Positions 12,200 to 26,999 are shown, counted from the stretch's first letter. The stretch: DNA of 64,000 nucleotides from Bugula neritina (GCA_964035545.1 OZ037768.1:6046741-6110740); one strand, 5' to 3'. Numbers and translations are program-made. The notes: generated by a model from the sequence alone, not told the origin.

Positions 12200-15100
12200 A
12201 TGGCTAGCCAGACATTGCTCAGCTATGGTGATAGCCTTTTGAAAAAAGATGATCTTGTTATACTGGAATCTAATGGTTGGCTGAATGATAGGCTTCTCAA
12301 CTTTGCTTTCGAGTGAGTTTTGTGTAGGAATTATAATTTAGAAATTGAATTTATGTGTTCAAGTGTAATTCTTCAAGTTAACATGATATTAATGCTATCA
12401 ACTCAATACTGTTGCTTCAGATACATGATGAACACAGTTGTTACCAAGGCTGAAAGACAAGATATTCTTATCTGCTGTGCAGAAGTGGTTCAGCTGATTA
12501 AATCATGCCAGAGTATGTAAATGTATACAATATTTATTTTCAGTAAGTTGTAACTCAGGCCACAGAAAAATCTTTGCTCAATATAAAATCTGCTTGTCTA
12601 GTCCATTTGAATAAGAAAAAACTGTTTTAGGTATCTATTCAAAAAGGAATTTTAAATTTTGTAAAATATTTTATAATTAATTAGTGGATTCATAGCTTCT
12701 CTATAGTATATTGGAAAAAAAAGAGAAAACGTAAACATAGTAAGTGATTTTTGTTGTTTTTACAAATTGAACAGGTGTTGAAAATACTTGTAGTCAACAA
12801 ACCAGCATTGTCTCTTTGATCCTAAAATTTGTCAAATGTAGGTTTAAATTGAAGTCAATATGACACAGCAAATTCAATCGCAATGTTGATACTCCACCTT
12901 ACCAATGTTCATGCATGATTATTTATTTTTAAATTGCTTTTTAAGTAAAGCTTTTGAAATGAAGTAATAGTGCCACATTTTACACCTTTATAGCAATAAT
13001 TTTGGCTACTGACATTTATGAGGCATCGTGATTCATGGGTAGAAAAATTCTATTTTCCTGACTGCAGGCTGACAAAATAAATGCAAACTTGTACTTTGAT
13101 TGAGATTTACTTATAGTAGACTTCTTTTACACAAAGCTTGGAAAAGAGTACTTTACTTCTTCAAGCAAGCTTGTTTCCTTATAAAATATATGACTACCAC
13201 TCCTCTCCATCTAGCAATGCTGTAACCAGACTCGCTGATACACAGTTCCTTAATTAAACCCGGTAAACTGCTAGATTGAGTGTTGGCAGCTGTGAAACAA
13301 ATTGTGGTTTGATGTAGTGACTTCTTACTTGCAGAAAATATGAAAATGCCCACCTACTGCTAGGCACCAGTTATTGGCCGATAAGTTTGCTGTAAAATGA
13401 AATACAACAAGTGTGTTTTAAAATTGAAACTCCTACTAAAATTTCGAAATAAAATATTGAAAATAGAATTATGAAAGTATGTATCTACATGTTTTAAAGA
13501 CTACAAAGTGTTGCTAGCTATGCTACAGTTCATGCTGTATTTCTTTAGGCACTTGCAATTGACTGCAATTGTTGTATAAACTGTTTTGGCATAACAATGA
13601 ATGAATTTTGATTTCAATAACTTTTACATTTTTCTGTGCAATGTCAGGTTTTAAAAGCTTTAAAATTGACTGCTTTTACTAATAAGTATTGGTAGCCAAT
13701 ACCAAAACTTGACTGAAACTAATGCATGTGAACTGCAAGGGAACAAAAAGACAGGCACCTAAAGGTAGAAAAATTATCAGTGAAGTACCATACAGCTAAG
13801 GAAGTTATCTATACCATGTATCTTTTTACAGGCGTGTATGAAATGAGCATCATCTTAAGTGACCTGCATCTACCAGAGAAAGAGTACATCTTTTTACCAG
13901 TGAATAATAACAACTCATTAGAATTGGCTGGTGGTGACCATTGGTAATGTTGGACTAATTTCATAGCTGTGTATAGCTGTATAGATTTTTCACAAAAAAT
14001 GAAATAGCTTTTTAAAATAATTTATTTTTAGTTAATGTTTATATAAGGGGAAATACCATGATTGTGTGTAAAGAATTCAATGATTGATATTTTCATAAGC
14101 ATTAAAAATGTATACTAGTTGCAGCAGTTCCTTCGATGCTGTACTGACTTGATGACTTTGTAAGGTTTTTGTACTCTACTATTGTTACTGCTTGAAAATT
14201 ACAATTGTCTGTGATTCATTTATTACGCATCTTACCTTTGGCACTAGTATCTTGTTAACATACTTTTGTGTTACAGGAGTTTGATGCTTTATCACAGAAC
14301 ACCAAACAGATTCTATCATTTTGATAGTCTAGACCATTCGAATCATCACACAGCGCTGCATTTATCTAGTCAACTGTCTCTTCTGTTTGGTGGTAAGTTT
14401 CATACCTTAGGCTAGAGTTTTGGCGAGGTTTCAATTTTCATCTATTTATTTACACCTGTTCTCTCGTTTGGAAACCAAGACAAAGTTTATAGTAAAAACT
14501 TTGTTATTGAAAGAATTTTCAATTTAATTTGCTTTTTCTTTTCAATCTGAAATCTTTTCAATGAATGGTAGAATGCCATTTTGCTTCCATGAGAGACTAA
14601 ATGATTTCACAGTGATTTGGAGTTATCAGTCCTTGTAACTTCTAATAGCTGTTGCTGTTTCTCCTTCAACAAACCTTGTACAACTAGACTTCTTTCTCAC
14701 ATTTTTAAAGAATATTTGCTATTATAAAATACCTGCGTTTGCTGTTGGTTAAATGAGGGTCAGTCAAAATTTAGTGTTGAAGTAGCTACGAGGGTGGACA
14801 ACTTCTACTTTGGCTGTCATGAACTATAACATATTTTTTTCTTGAGCTATCAATTTGATTATATATGCTGATGTACAATGCCTGTTTTGCATTTTAGTTG
14901 AAAACGTACTCATCAAGGCTCAATCTCCGAAGCAACAAAATGGTAAATTTAGAAGATATATTATACTTCTTGGATAAATAATTGACACTTTGATTCGCGC
15001 TCAACTGAACATTCAAATATAATATAATATTTACTGATTTTTTATTTTCAGGATATTTCACCACACTCGTGGAGTGTAACTTCATTTGAGGCTTTGTAAT

Positions 15101-15278
15101 TGCAGGTTATGACTGTGGAATGTATGTGATAGAAATGGTTGAAGTCATTTTAAAGGATATCTTATGCAACCAGACAATAAATTTGTCCACCGTTTCAGGG
15201 ATAACAGACAGCCAAGTATCTGCATCTAGAAAGTCTTGGTCTGTTATTATCAAAGCTTTAGCCAATAGCCAGGACTAG
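12200..15278 (+). CDS. SENP8: Sentrin-specific protease 8 / NEDD8-specific protease (Ulp1/C48 family)
   Basis: Exons 12200-12312, 12421-12512, 13832-13943, 14277-14392, 14898-14943, ~15106-15278 splice in phase: LLSYGDSLLKKDD..WLND..FAFE..FLPVNNN..AGGDHWSL..HFDS..QQNGYDCGMYV. The His-Asp-Cys catalytic residues are present. Confidence 0.93.
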
Positions 15279-15509
15279 TGGTAACTCACTATTTATAAGA
15301 CTGCTTCCACACTTAATTTATATATTCGTTTAACGATGTTATATATGGCATACGTCATGTACAGCAGATTTTTATATTGAATTTTATTTCTATGCATTAT
15401 ATATATTTCTTGAAAGAAATAGTTTAGGTTTGAATAAACCATGTCAGTTATAACTTCATATTCCATAGGAAGCACAGTATTTCTTATAATAAGTTATGAG
15501 AAAAGAAAG

Positions 15510-18500
15510 TTAATTAACCCGTCCTAGACTGTGGTGTATTCCATACCTTCGTTTACTTTTGGTTGGGGCTAGTGATACTCGTACCGATGGCTTAGGTGGT
15601 AATGTTTGCCTATTAACTGTTTGCTTAAAGATTTCATCTTCGTCATCACTCAGAACATCCATGATTGGCGCTGGAATCTGTTTCCGTGGTACAATACTAG
15701 GCTGCTGAAACGATTTTGGCAGTTTGCCAAGAGGTAGTTTACGTTGGAGCCCTTTATTCATTGTTACTTTGTGAGTTGGAGCCAGAGGGTGTGTCTCAAT
15801 TGGTGGTTTGGGAGCCCTCTGCTTTATTTGTACCGGTTTTACAGTTTTCTTGGAATGTAGGGTGTTCCTGACTACTGGTTTTGCTAATTTTGGCTTCGTG
15901 ACTATCGGTCTGCTTTCTAAAGATTCTGGACTTGACTTTGACGGACTACTAATTTGTTGTGGAGATTTCTTTGGTCGAAATCTGTTGTGTAAAATTGGTA
16001 GCTTAGAAACAAATGGCTTGACTGGTTTGGGTGAGTGCTGAGTTTCTGTAAGTGTTACTCTTGGCCTATGTTTATAACCAGTAGATCCATTCTTGACTTT
16101 TTCTTTCTTCTTGTTTGCCTCATCATCACTATCCAGTGAGTTACCTGTGCCACTGTCGATACTGATGTCTCCATCGCTTAATTCCAAGTTTGGAGTAAAT
16201 ACACCTTCCTGATGTTCTAGAGGTAATATAGGCATGAGTGAGTTCCTTGTTGGCTTCTTAGTTCTAGGTGTGGTGTGTACCGACAAAGATTCTATAAAAT
16301 TGTTATCCAGTGCCTGTAAAGTTTCGTAGTCTGTTCCCCATTTTCGTTCTAGTGGCTTTGGTCGGTGAACAAAATCACTTGGCTTTTGTTGTTTGTAAAT
16401 GGTTTTCTGGGGTAGAAGCTTGGCTCCTGGCACCATCTTGAGGATGTAGCGATTTTCAGGTGGTTCACGGGGCTTACTCTTTTTCAAGATGTAAACAGTC
16501 TTCGCTACAAACACAGCAAAAAGAAATTTATTAAAATGCAACTATTCCTGTATTGCAATGTGTGCAATAGAGCTTGACTAATTCATGCACATGCTCTCCT
16601 TTAACATTCCTATGACCTATCACCATTGTGGTGAAAAATTGATTAAGGCCACATAACGTATATAATGTAGAAACTGTTAAATGAATGTGGTTTAAACTTA
16701 AAATAAAGTTTATTAATTTATCTTCAATGAAAACACACATAGGCTTTAAACAAAGTTTATAGTTATATGGCTATGCTTGGGTTTAAAATTTATATTGTAA
16801 AGTAAATATTCATCTAATTTTAATTTACCCATTATTTAATGCAGAGTATTGTATTGTTCGAAATTTATATCTTATTTTGGATTTATATCTCTCTTGTTTT
16901 GGAATTTGGGTTGGGTATAAGGATTTGAAAATCATAATTTCTAAAACTCAAGCAGTTTTAATAAGAGTTTATTTGATTAGCTTTTTTTGTTAATTTAAAA
17001 TTGCTGAATTGTTATTACCAGAGCATAGATAGTCTGTCATAGTTGAGAGATTAATGTTCGATCACTAGCTTCGTTAGAGCTTAGTTATTTGAAAATGAGA
17101 AGTAATTTTAAAGTGTCGGCAACATAATTTTAAATTCTTTAACATAATTTTTTGACATAGATTGATTCAGTTATTAACACATAAATTGCTGAGAATAATA
17201 TAAAATGGTTGACTACCTTGAGGTTTATGTTGCCGATAGACGTATTCATCAGATGCGGCACTCAGGGGAGAGTATCTACTATCCGAGTTACGCTTTTTTA
17301 GTTTCTTGCTTTGTGGTCTGACAGGTTTGATCTCTTCTGGCTCTGATTCCATGTCCGCCTCATTTCCACTTTTAAACATATTTTTCTCTTGTTCATCAAC
17401 ATGACAATCAACTGTTGTTTTCAAGCCCGACAAGTCTAACTCAAATTTCTTTTTCAGTCGTTCTACTCGTTGGCGATATTCCTTTGCTTCATGCTGATCT
17501 AAAATTCCAGCCGTAGAAGGATGGAATTCAGAAGTAAATGTAGATTGTCTCTTATTTGCAAGTAACTCAGGCTTCTGTTCATCTGTTTGAGGAGGTAGAG
17601 GTGGTGGCGGGGAGTCGATTGAAGTTGCTGATTCTGTTGACTGACTGCTAGCTGCACGTTCCATTTCAGTTGTTAATGCATTTTCTAGATTTCTTTCTAA
17701 CTCCACTTCGTCGTCTGAACTAGCACTCTGCACAGAGTCGTCATCTGCTTCATTCACTTGACTATTGATTGGCATCTTTGTTGAGTATTTGTGTTGTTTG
17801 AGGACATTATCCGCTTGTTTTAATAAATCATCGTCTGCCTCCGACTGATACAACGCCATCCACATTCGACCAATGTTTGCTTTCAGTCTTTGACTTGTCT
17901 GAAGACTGTCCTCTCTATTTTTCTCATCAATTGGTAGCGAAATATCAATATCCTGTATACTAAACTTCACATCATCCTGCAAACGAATTAAGTTGGCTCG
18001 AGTACCCATCTCCACATTATAATCCTGTTTCACTAACTCGAGTTCGTAGCTAGCAGTCTGCAGCTCTCGGTAGACACCTTTCATTGACTCTGCTAGATAT
18101 TGTATTTGTTCATAACACTCTTTATATTGTGGATCATTTCGAGAGAGTTGATCTAATTTGGGGTATTCTGCATTCCGCTCTGCTTTCAATTGCTTGTAAT
18201 ACTCTTTGAGCTCCTTCTCTCTTTCTACGCAATGATCATACCTTTCCTTGACCTCATCAAATCTAAGTATTTGGTTCACCAACATCTTTCTTTCAGTTTG
18301 TTTAGCAGCCCTTGACTCTCTTTTATATTTCATTCTGTTGGTTAATGATTCAATTGATTTTTCATGTACTCTGATGACTTCTAAAAAATCGGTTGCCGTG
18401 CGATAATGCATGATTTCAGCACCTCCTAATCGCCTTGAGCTATTGTACCATATTTTAGACAGTTCAACTATTTTGAATCCCTTCACTAGCATATCGGGAA

Positions 18501-21273
18501 GGAGACGAAAGACAGGTTCAAATGGCAAATAATTCTTGTAATCTTTTATTAGCCTTGCACTATCTTTTTCAAAGTTTTTGGTGCTTATTGTTCCCTGTGT
18601 GATCAACTCATCCCAACAACTTTGTATAGCGAATATCCTCTTAGTAGCAAATGCCAGCTTTTGGGAATCTGTCTTGACTTTCAGTCTTTCAAACTCTTCA
18701 CCATTTTGAGGTTCTTCAAGCTAGAATATGACAAATTCTATTTATTAAGGAAGAATTAATGTCAAATTTTACAAAGCTGTTTCACAAATCGTCTAATTAA
18801 TGTACCTGTAGGTTTAATTCGACCAAATTAATAATTTGAAATTAGTGCAAGCTCATCCTAATTATCCAATCAGTTTCAAAATTTATTATAAAGTGAAGTA
18901 AAAATAGAGGTAAACCTTTACATTTTTTGAAGTTGTTGCTTATATATTCAATTAATAAGTTATACAAAATTCTTACTTTTTGATTTGCCAACATGAGTTT
19001 TCTCAGGGCTTTATCCCTCTGGATCTGTTCCAACACTTTCATTCTATTATCAACTCGCTTCTTTCTCTTTACCCCCTTTAGCAACTTCTGTTTTGATTTT
19101 CGTTTCTTTTTTCGTTTCTTTGCTGGTTTAGCAGCTATGTTCAAATCTAACTCAATACCATCTGGCAAGTCTTCAATGTTGATAGCATTAGTCTGTTGGG
19201 AGTTGTTTTCTTTTTCTATGTCTGATTTATCATCATCGTCTTCATCTGACAGCCCATCTGTAAAGAGGCAGAGCAAAACTATTTAAACTGATTATACCAC
19301 ACCAAAGGCAAGCTGAAAAGAGAATAATTAGCAGCATTAATAGCTGTTGTTAATAGTTATTCTATAAATTATATTTTAAATTTTATATTTTAAATAGGTG
19401 ATCTCTGTAATAAGATGTTGGTGAGTATCACTATTTGTAATACTAGTCAACAATTATTCCGCTTTTTGCAAATGATTCATAAAAAATATTGTTTGTATTA
19501 CCTTGCCCTTCATCGCAAGAATCATCTTGGTGTGGATCATAGAAAAACTCATAAAGGCAGTGATAAATTGTTTCGTGGAAGAACTTTTTCACTTGAGCTA
19601 GATGTGCAACGTCTTTTAGAAATTGTTCAAAGAAACTTGCTACATTTTCTGCTTCTTCAGCACTGGAGGCAGTTACTTTATACAACTCGACACACTCGAT
19701 CAGGGCATTTATAGAAGTTATTTTCAGCATCCCTTTGTTCCCTGCTTTTAGTACCAACTAAAACCAATATAATTCATCATACATAATATACATAATACAA
19801 CTCATTATGCTCATGCAGCATTGACCTATAATACACTAAATATCAAACCACCTTATAAATTTGTAATTTATAAATTAATTAAGGTTATTTATGCATCAAA
19901 CAAAAATTAGTAATGGCTTGTCAAATAAGAAATTAAGACCAATGGTAACTGGTGTTCAGCCACTGTATCTCGCATAGTACAATGTGACTTCTACTGTTAA
20001 ACCACAAATGGTAGCTATGTAATTGTATGTAATATAACATATGATCTCATGACTCTACTTATCACAACATAATTTCCTAAGCAGAATGGTTGAATGTAAT
20101 GCTATAATAACACTATTTAATATTTAAGGATCACCTACTACAGCATTACTGGAATAAACATTATTACAAATAATCAATATAGCATGAAATGGACATTACT
20201 AATTGTAGAGTATTACTATATATATAATTATACTCTTGTGGCATGAAATAATATATCATCACTTGTAGAATGGGAAGTGTTATTAAGAACACTTATTATG
20301 AGTACAATTCACTATAAATATATTGTTCATTGTGAAATAGTTCATGATCTCTTCAACTTCTTTTCACACTAAACCATAAAGTACTACAGCTCATAAACAA
20401 AAAGTCTTTGTCTCATACCTTCAAGTTTTTATGAAGCTCTTCTAGTGACAGCTTGGAGTAAGTAATAATCAGCAACTTTTCAAATGCAGATAGTTGTCTT
20501 GCAAAGTTGTCGTGTTGCTGGTCTGTCGTTGTGTTCATTGGTCCAGGCCCAGTCTAAAATTAACAGCAGTGCACAATTTGTATATTGCATAGACAGTAGG
20601 TCTATTAAAAAGAAAAGTCTATTAATTTGTAAACTTTGAATTTGAGATGTGCTGACGTTTTGTTATATAAAAATGTATTATATGTTTATAATGACAATTT
20701 ATTGTGGGTATAAAGTGTAATGAGCTCCCTATCTTATCACATAAGGCAAAAATAAACCTGTCACAGCAACCCTAGTATAGATTTAGGCTATGGCCATATT
20801 TTGCATGTAAGAAAAATATAATCTTTTGGTTATTATCCTAAAAACGGTATTAACAAACTTCTATTCAATAGTAGGTACTAAATTAGATAAATGCAACACA
20901 TTATCACATTGCTCTTCTGAATGCATTTGCTCCATTCTTCAATTTCCATTACTGTAAATGTTAGTTACAAATTGACTGTTATAGCAAGCAGTCAGCAATT
21001 TATTGCTCTTCACAAACAAGGAAGATGTTTATAGCCTTAAACTCCACAGTAGACTACTTCTCAAGTTTATTAATATTAAATAAGTGAACATTAATGTTAT
21101 CATAACATATTTTAAACTTGTGAAGTGTAGGCAATGCACGCCTAATTCAAATAGCAAAATTTTTATTTCGGACCTAAATGTACCATATATACCTGTAGAG
21201 TATAGAATAAAATGAAGGTAGATGTACTACTTACCAGCCTCAGTTCCAGCAAATGGTCAGTTAGAAACTCCAT
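15510..21273 (-). CDS. Uncharacterised ~1069-aa protein: helical N-terminus, acidic then basic segment, long coiled coil, Pro/Lys-rich disordered tail
   Basis: Six phase-compatible GT-AG exons (21235-21273, 20419-20553, 19502-19757, 18977-19257, 17217-18720, 15510-16504; 3210 nt). An in-frame TGA lies just upstream of ATG 21273. Family not recognised. Confidence 0.82.
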
Positions 21274-22005
21274 TTTTCATATAGGCTTACCATTCATAAA
21301 ACTGAAGCTAGTTTAACTGCCATTGCTCTGCACACTAGTACAGTATATTTCCTGTAGCCATGTACTTGTGGCACTCACTGGCTGAACTAGCAAGATGAGT
21401 AGAGGAGCACCATGACTATGAAAACTTTGCGTCAATCAACATACAAGTAATTTATATTGATCTTAGCTGCTAAAGGTAATAATTACATTTATAGATTTTT
21501 ACGTGTCATAACAATAGCTTCACCAAAAGCTTAAACCTCAAGGATAATCAATATATAAATAACAACATAGCTACGAGTATGATAAACACACTCAGGAGAC
21601 TTCAAATGATATTTTATTGTGAAATACGTAATAATAATTGACCAAAATAGAATGCACTGTATTATATATGCACATTGATGGTTCAATCAAGTCAACATTG
21701 TCTGCTCAATAACTGAAGAATAATTAATATGTATAAATTACTACTTACTGTCAGTATATTGTAGAGATATACACTTCAACTAGCGCTTCCATTAAATAAA
21801 TGACAACAAGAAGTGAGAAACTAGAGAGTAGCAGTGCATTTTAAAATATATAATTGTATTTTATTTATACAGTAAAAATACCTATCAACATTCAAGTACA
21901 AGTATTACAATATCAGCACCAACAACCTACTTAGATGAGGTGTTGTTTGACAAACACCTGCACACACTTGACTGTACACTTCACACTTGACATGGGGCTA
22001 CTCAA

Positions 22006-25000
22006 TCAGCTGCTGCTGCTACACTTCCTATATTTACACTGAATCCAAACTCTGTACATTTTAAGCTGCCGCTGCCTGTTGACCTGCAGTCTTCTGTCAA
22101 CTAAATTGCTTTCTTCAGTCAAACCTGCCTTGGTAAGCATTTCTCTCATCTCCTCTGTAATAACAGTTGTGACAGATCAGTAAAAAAGTTACTATACACC
22201 ACTGATGAAAAGTTACGTCCCACTACCCGAACAGGACAAAGCGGAGATAGGTGATAATTGTTTAATGTTGTGGTTGTGAATTGGATTTGGTTGTTGGATA
22301 TTGTGCTCAATAGTGGGGAAAATGAGAAGTGGCCAGAAGTTCTGGTCTGAACTCCCACAAGAACTCTGTGTGATACAAACACTGCCTGCACAACTAAACT
22401 GAAAAAAAATAACCTTATTAACCATTGCTATGTTTAAAATTGTAATCTGCCTAATCAAATTTACTTTTTTGTTTTCTAATATTAGCATTTCTGTAACAGA
22501 TTTACACTCGCAGATTAAGCACACATAGTTTGGCAAACAAATTCCAACTAGCATATAGTTGAAACCCATCAGTTCAACAGTGGGCTATTTTTAGTTTCCC
22601 TCACTGAACAGTAAGAAAGTAAATCAATAATATATATTCATTTTTTTAGAAGGGGATATAACTGGTATAGGTAAATGAAGTAGATCTATTATATAGTATA
22701 ATAGGAATATAATGAGAGTACAACCGGTGTGTACGACCTATACAGAATATTATATGACACATTACTGACACCAGGTCATGTGCGACACGTGAGGACAAGT
22801 AGCCACATGTGACACAATATTCAGAGACAAACAACTATAGGCCCAGCCACACAGAGGATGTTCAAATCCTTGGACAATATCCGAGATACAGCATGAACAG
22901 GGCAACTAAGAGACTTCCATTTCGTTGAAGCTATTTTATGGCAATGAGTAGGTTACTTTTCTCAATGATGATATATCTTTATAAGCATTTATAAATGTTT
23001 ATCAGTAATTTCCAGTTTCAATTCTTATTTGAACAAAAATAATATATTTTCTGCAATAAAGGAGATAACTCTATGGTTTTAATTAGTTCTAATCAGACAA
23101 TGGCATTTGTACAAAAGTGCACCTTGCAATACAATGTTGTTTATCGCTACATTACGTTGTTCAAACAACATGCAACATGCTTCACTTTAGAATACGAGAC
23201 TAAAATTTTATAAATAATTGGATACAACATGTAATTTATTAGTGCTAATTGTTGAGTCAAAAAGATCTTTTGCTAATAATCCAAAACCTAGAAGTTTCTC
23301 AAAGTTACATTTTAGGCGTTGCAAAAAGTATGATATGTTAATACAGATGCCAATATCCAATATGCTACTAATATAAAGTATGATATCGAGAAAGACTAAA
23401 AAGTATAAAATGGTGTTGCTATTGAATATAGTTTGATATTCATATTGACTATCAAGTACAGACTAACCTTGGGTAAAGAAATAGACTCTGGTACCATCTC
23501 CTCTGGCGTAGAAATTATCACCCAAACATCGACCTGGAGATAAACCGTTCATTCTTCAAATGAATATTTTAGAACTCAGAGCAGATGGGAGGTATAGAAT
23601 ACAGAAGCTTATTACATAATGTACAAGACTAACCATTGAAAGTGCTGCACAGTTTAGTTTACCAAAGCATTTAAAAAACCTAAAAACATCAAACAGCATT
23701 CAACAATATCTAACAATATTTACTACTAAAGTCTTACTTTTTATTAAAAGGACCAAAAATTTGGTCATAAAATAAAACGACTATTTTAAGGTGAAACCCG
23801 ATGAAACTTTTATCAGTTGAAATTTTAATGCAAAACGTTCAGTTGCCCTTTTCAAGCAGAAAAAATATACATGAACATATTATCAACAAAAAATAATTAA
23901 ATCCTTGAAAGCAGAAATTAAATGCCAAATCTGCTCAACAAACAAGTAATGACACAAAATACACAACAATTTATCTACAGTCACCTGTAGTAACCACACG
24001 TAGGATCTACCAAGGGCAGACAACTGCTACCCACCAGTTTTAAAGCGTAGTTGTGCGAGGTCGTATCTACCATAATCTCTAAACAGGAGAACACCTCCCG
24101 GCTTCAACAGTCTGCTTAACCTGTTTAGCGTTTCCTGCATTCTATAAAGCAATATTAGTAGTGCACTGCAATGCTATATAACAATAAAAGCTAACATTGT
24201 AATATATCACAATTAAAATATGCATAGATGAACAGATTTTAGTAAATTGCAGTGCAAAATTTAGATTACTTAATGTTTTTGTAGTTCAAATAAATTTAAA
24301 GCAAAACGTAACTCTTAAAATCACATATAAATTGACGAGGTGAACAAGTTCTTTGAAGAAGACAACTTCAGTATTGATTATTAATTTTATAAATTAGGAG
24401 CGCAAAATTTTAACTACTATTTAACCAAATTTATATAAGACACAACTTTAGCTAGAAAATGTCCTATGAACCATAAAATTAAAAACTTTGTTTTTAAAAA
24501 GTAGCAAAAGATAAGATGCATTTTATATGCTTATTTTAAAAATTGCAACTTTCGAACATGTACACATAAAGCACATTTTTCTACATTTTTAAAAATTGTA
24601 TTGATAAAACAACATGCAGTTTTAAAAAAATGCAAAGCTAAAGTTTTGATGTTGTACAACATATGAGTAGCCTGTGAGCATAACAACATATATCTCAAAC
24701 TAGTTGACCATGGCACTAATGTCTACAGCACACACTCTTTACTCAGGATGCAGCTAGAGTTACCTCACCTGTCATGTGATATGGCACTCAACACGAATAT
24801 CATGGTGATGATATCTAATGAGTTATCAGGAAATGGCATCTTATTGGCGGTATTAGAGATATCGCATACAAACGCATGACATCTGCTTGCATCATAATCA
24901 TCGTGTTCCTATCACAAACAGAGAGCCATACAGTCACACGAGTATGTGCAATGTATAGCTCTACTTTTTATATCCCATGTGAAACAAAAAAGTTTATAAA

Positions 25001-26977
25001 AAACGTCATATTGATCCTTAAACTCAGTATCAACAAGTACCAACTAGTGCTGAGCGAGATATTTTGATAGCTAATGTATACTAAGAACCATTTGTATATG
25101 ATTTAACTTACCATACCAGTTCAGTACAACATTAATGGCAGCTTTTTGGAATATTTTTGAATTTTTAAACACAAGGAAAACATCCCGAAATTTCCCTAAT
25201 ATACTGTTTCAAATTATTATTTGTATGTAGCCAACTAATAATATAACAATGCAGCATTACTCCTTTATAACACATGTGCCTTTTTATATTACTAGCAGAG
25301 ATATAGTGTAGCCTTAGTGCAAGCATATTAACCCCCCCCCCCCTTAGTATATTACATCATACGACCATATCTACATACCTTTAGTATATCAATAGCTGTA
25401 CTGGAGAAGTCACAGCAATAAACAAACAGCCTTGGATCTCTACAAGTGAAAAGTAAATTAAAGAATTTTTGCCTCTATAACAATATAATATCAATATCAT
25501 AGCTTAAATTAGAAGAGCATTTCAATTAACACTCAACTATTGAATGTGTACTTTACTGTGCACACAGCAAATACTATCCTACTTATTTACACATGGAGAA
25601 ACAGCTACTTACTTATTGGCTTCTAAAATTGGAAAGACTGTATTTCCCACGCCACATCCTACCTACAAAGCAATGGTGTGCAGGTGAATAACTTATTAAT
25701 GGCATGAAACCATTCATAATACTTGTGTATCTATATTTATTGAAAGGTGAAACGAGATAATGTAAAGTATATAACTGTTAGTGGTATATAAAAGCCCCTT
25801 TGCCCTCACTACACAATAATATAAGTTATCTGTATGCAAGATTCAATGCAACATATTAGCCCACATACGCTACACAGTGAAGCAATATTGCGGGTAGCAG
25901 CACTACGCACCTCTAAGATTTTACGATTGGCATGGGAGCCAGGGTATTCCTTGTTAATATCCTCATCTGAAGGTTTGTCCGCAACCTTGTCAGCATCGGC
26001 ACATGTGTACAGCTCCGGGAATTCAGTAAACAGCCAGTGTCTATCCTTCAAAATGAAACATAAGCTGGTGCACATGAGAGGCGAAGTATTGCCACCTTTA
26101 CATCTACAGCATGCCCTGTGACTCCACCAAATGAATATGTGTCACACTCTAAACATGTAAAACTGAAATATTGTTTTAAAAATTGCTGCACAACGTTGAA
26201 AGTTTCATTTATCAAACTCGTGTCTCATTCAACATTTGTTACACATCATTATAAAAGCTATGATATACTTAAATTGGGATAACTTGAAGAAGCGCTAAAA
26301 AATCTCAATAGAATAGCATACACTATGTCAACTTACTTTGAAAAATCTATTTTGATGAATGCCATAAAATTTATCCCAGTAATCAGCAGCATTCTCTTCT
26401 AATTCTACTAAGAGAAAAGAATATAGCTAAAGACAGATATTCTACACAGAATATATGCTTGCTCTGTACTGACATGCACAATAAAAATATAATTTAAGTT
26501 TTAAATAAAACAATACTTTACGGAAAAACACTAAAATAGGTCATCTAAGACATATGACTAAATTTGAAAAGAGGTCAACACAAAAAAACAAGAAGACAGA
26601 ATTAGAACACTGACATTTGATGACTTACTTACAAATTCTATCTGTTGACATCATTTCAGCAGAATTGAGAGAAACCTTTTCGGCAGCCTGCATTTCTTGA
26701 TCAGCATCCCATTTCACATTGTCCCTACAATCAAAATCTCTAAAATTCATTGAATAAATATAATCAGCAACATAATAAGATTTTTAAGTACTCGCAACAA
26801 TTATAATATAAAATAATCTATGAGTCTATGAACCTGAATTTACCAACTGAAAAATCATTCAACATTTCATACTCACCAAGCATTATGTTGAAAGACATGC
26901 TTATCTTCTGTGAGAAACCGAGAACCGAATTGTGGTCTCTTTTCTTCAACATCTTCTTGTGAAGTTCCGGTTGCCAT
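22006..26977 (-). CDS. METTL2: tRNA N3-methylcytidine methyltransferase (METTL2/Trm140 family)
   Basis: Ten exons giving [55 protein letters not shown] (SAM motif I)..[58 protein letters not shown]. The N-terminal FGxRFL/HNAWDNV favours METTL2 over METTL6. Confidence 0.93.
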
Positions 26978-26999
26978 TTACAGAAATGTCATAGGACTA

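Noticed and set aside
15808-19714. Plus-strand ORFs at 15808, 18993 and 19415
   Set aside because: Antisense shadows of the minus-strand coding exons.
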